From Podarcis bocagei (lineage: Eukaryota), in NCBI GenBank assembly GCA_964188305.1, contig OZ076895.1: DNA of 64,000 bases; one strand, given 5' to 3'. The position numbers were made by a program, and so were the translations under genes. Positions 61,012 through 64,000 of the stretch are shown here, one piece after another (position 1 is the stretch's first letter; every line of letters begins with the position of its first letter). The notes below the pieces were generated by a model, which saw only the letters and a list, made by a program, of their open reading frames with translations, had not been told where the DNA came from and did no database searches.

Positions 61012-64000
61012 GGCATAAAGTTACAAAAAAAGGGAAAGTCAGAAGTTACTTGAAATAAGAGAGAGGCACACAAAATTATTACCTAGGAACCATCTAAATG
61101 CTAATTAGCAATAGTGTTAGAGTCTCGAATATCCAAGTATAATAAATGTAAATTGTGGTATATTTAGATTTTCTGCTTGCACAGGCGGCAGCACATTCTT
61201 CTCAAAATAAAAGTGGGCATCTTAAACCATAGCACTTAATACTAGGTCTGCACTTAATTAAAATGTACCCAAACATCTGTGTTTCTCTATTTAGAGGACA
61301 GACAAAGGAGACCCACAAGGAGAAAGGGTAATTAACAGGTGGTGTGGGCTTCCGACTGACACCTGACTGAAGTTATAGCACTGACCAGCTGCCTCTCACA
61401 CAGCACTCATGGTAATTACTTCCACTATCTAGTGAAGTGTGCAACAATGACATTCCTGTATATGCGCACCAAGAATATCCTTATCTCTTGTGAATGAAGC
61501 TGGGAGATTTCCAAGATTCCCAGGATTCCAGGCAATAATTGTTGTCCTGCCCTTGAAAATTCTCAGGAAAGCATTTCTAATTTTCACATTGAAAAAGACT
61601 AATTTTGGGAAAACTCTTATTTAAGGAAATATTCCAACTGAAAAGCCAAGTGTATGTGAAGAATGGTTCGTTTTCATTTTCTGGGAATCAGCGATGTTTT
61701 TCTCCTGATAACTTACACTAGCAGTCAATCCCTGCTCACTCTCAGCTTCAGGTAGAATGGGCGTATGTGGACATATGGATAGGATTAAGAAGATATGCAA
61801 AAGGGGTTGCAAATGAGTACATTAACAGAGAGGAAGTACATTTGTTCATACTTTTATTTCCTACCTAATAACATGGTAGATTTTCATCATATATAATGAC
61901 ATGAGAAGCATTAGTTGACTAATCCAGTGATTTCCATTGTTATCCCAACATTATCTTACCCTGTGTTTAAATTCATCCACAGACAGACTTCATTTTAGCA
62001 TTTGGCAATTTGCTTATCTGAATGATATATGTATTGCAATAAATTTATTATAACCATATTGAACTGGCTTAAAAAGGTCCTCTTTTATCAGTTTGTTCAA
62101 ATTATCATACCGTTCCAAGAAAGCAAAAAACACCTTTCAAATATGGTGTCTCTTGAAACATTGATCTTAAAAGGATATTGTAATTCCTAAAGTTACTTCT
62201 CCGGCATTTTTTTTTAAAAAATACTAGTCACACCCTGTAAGCCACAACTGACTGATATTATAGATTCATAGATTTTTCTATTCATCTTCTAGGATCAACT
62301 TAAGACACAAACCCACAATCTGAATAAAGCATGCATCATTTACTCCAGACAATATATGCTGAAAGATTATGCACTAATGTTACCAGCGTATAATAAATCA
62401 CATGGAATATATTGTCAGGTTGACATCTTGAGCTAATCAATAAAAGCAAGACAATGACTAACAGCTGAATCTATTTTCATGCAACCTACAACCCTTAACA
62501 TAGTTCATCTTGTTAGGTGTGCCGCAGCATGATAGGGATGGAAGATAATTTAACCTTGCATCAATTCGCCAGTTAAATTCCGTAGTGATGTCAGAACCAC
62601 TACATCTGCCTATGTTTCAGCTTTTTGTAATAATTATATGCTGTAATCAGTTAACGGATGGCTAGTGTAAAACCAACTCACTTTAATGATCTAGAGCAAT
62701 GACTCTGACCTGACATGGTCTTTTGCAATTACTGCAGCTCATCGGTGTGTGCTAAATTACGCTGACAATGCTGCCACTCTTAAGGACATTGTGCATCCAC
62801 CCCTCTTTGCTAATAGCCAAACTCATGAGATTAGACAACTTGCGCCACAAACTGCAGTAATTGTATTAGCTCCTAAAGGTATGTGTCTAATGGGAATTCT
62901 GCCTCATTTAGGCATCGTGCTCCAGCTGAAGTACTTTCATCAAGCTGTCCATCATTCCCTGGATAGGTTTTCAACATTTGCAAGCCCGCTGGGAAGAGAT
63001 GTGTGGTGTTTTATCAGATGTTCCAACTTCCACAGGTCAAGTTCTGAAAATGCCAGCAAGGAAAGAGCTAACAGCATCAATGAAATCTGAATTGCTGCTG
63101 GATATTAATCTGAATATAAACTTTCCTACTTGTGCAACAGTAAAAAAAATAATATCTTTGTGTTACTATAACTGTGGCACACGTAGCACAGATCCTAATT
63201 CAAACACACATAGGATGTAACAGGTAAAAACATATTGCTAAGACTCAGAAACTGAATAGATCGCTACAATAAACTTCACAGCCAGCAATCATACTTGCCT
63301 GGCATGGATTCAGTGCTCCCATTACTGGCTAAGGGATGAAAATGAGCATAAACTCACAGGAATCACCATAACCTAGGGAGAGGCCACCATATGTTGCTGG
63401 AAGACAACTCCCATCATTCCTGACCATTGCTGGGGGTAGTGAGTGCAGGTGTCCAGCAATGCTCTAAGAGCACTACAATGGTTACGTCCATCATAGCCAA
63501 CATAATGGAACACCTGCTATACATGCCATGACAGGTCTGCTGATTTTTGACCTCTAGTACAATTAAGGAATTAACATAAAATAGATATTGCACTGGCCTT
63601 TTTTTTTCTTTTTTTTAGATCACCACATCTCAGGACATTGAGGAAGACAATTGGCTTAATTATATTTAAGTGGGTGCATGCCTGCAGCATTGCAGCAACC
63701 TGACTGTTCTGTATAACCTGTTCATTTGAAGGCAGACCAGAAACAGGCATGAGTGGAAACCATACAGCCATTCAAGAGAAGTGGTAAACAGGCTAAATCA
63801 GAAACACAAATAGGTATTAGTGCAAGAACTCCACAGCATTCCTGTCCTTTCTCTTCATCGCAGGGCTTAGAACCCAGCAGAGCATAGAGAAACCATCTGG
63901 TGCTCTTTAGAGTCATAGAGATTAACTTTAGAAAGCAAGGTCACAGGAACCTTCCAGGCCACTATGCAACTGCAAACTGCTGACACAAAATTCCTTACAA

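Noticed and set aside
61186-61196. U6 snRNA-like CGGCAGCACAT
   Set aside because: An 11-nt match with no flanking U6 homology.
63291-63304. U1 snRNA 5' end match (ATACTTGCCTGGCA)
   Set aside because: Only 13 of 14 nt match, similarity stops there and there is no TSD; compatible with chance.
1033-63916. The remaining short ORFs (60-160 aa) in the six-frame track
   Set aside because: They have no recognisable domains, many begin at non-ATG codons, and many overlap repeats or microsatellites; they are the expected background in intronic DNA.
44374-64000. Upstream TMTC2 exon 2 or promoter
   Set aside because: No ORF with the NDFWG..SHKSYRP motif and no CpG island; the region is intron.

Overview
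Vertebrate (squamate, most likely lacertid lizard) genomic DNA, inferred from Sauria SINEs, BovB and squamate L2/CR1 repeats. The whole window lies inside the TMTC2 gene (TPR-containing protein O-mannosyltransferase) on the minus strand. Five consecutive coding exons can be placed to the base with canonical AG/GT ends and consistent phases: 44373-43545, 26769-26655, 13908-13823, 13168-12984 and 11674-11596, equivalent to exons 3-7 of the mammalian gene. The introns are packed with transposable elements: Sauria SINEs with TSDs, tRNA-Lys/CR1-tail SINEs, BovB, L1, CR1 and L2 fragments, Tc1/mariner and hAT MITEs. The most striking object is an apparently full-length, intact single-ORF L2-clade LINE (about 34066-38330, antisense to TMTC2). 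Its 5' region is a tandem array of seven 113-bp GC-box monomers, each carrying a strong splice donor on the TMTC2 strand, and it ends in a 3' stem-loop plus a (TTA)n tail. Smaller oddities include a U2 snRNA 5' fragment with a slipped (GTAGT)3 tail inserted in an old L2, a decayed hammerhead-like Penelope end, a possible Helitron Rep relic, and a head-to-head Sauria SINE pair. Nearly all short ORFs in the supplied track are spurious. Repeat family names come from my recognition of the sequences, not from a database search.
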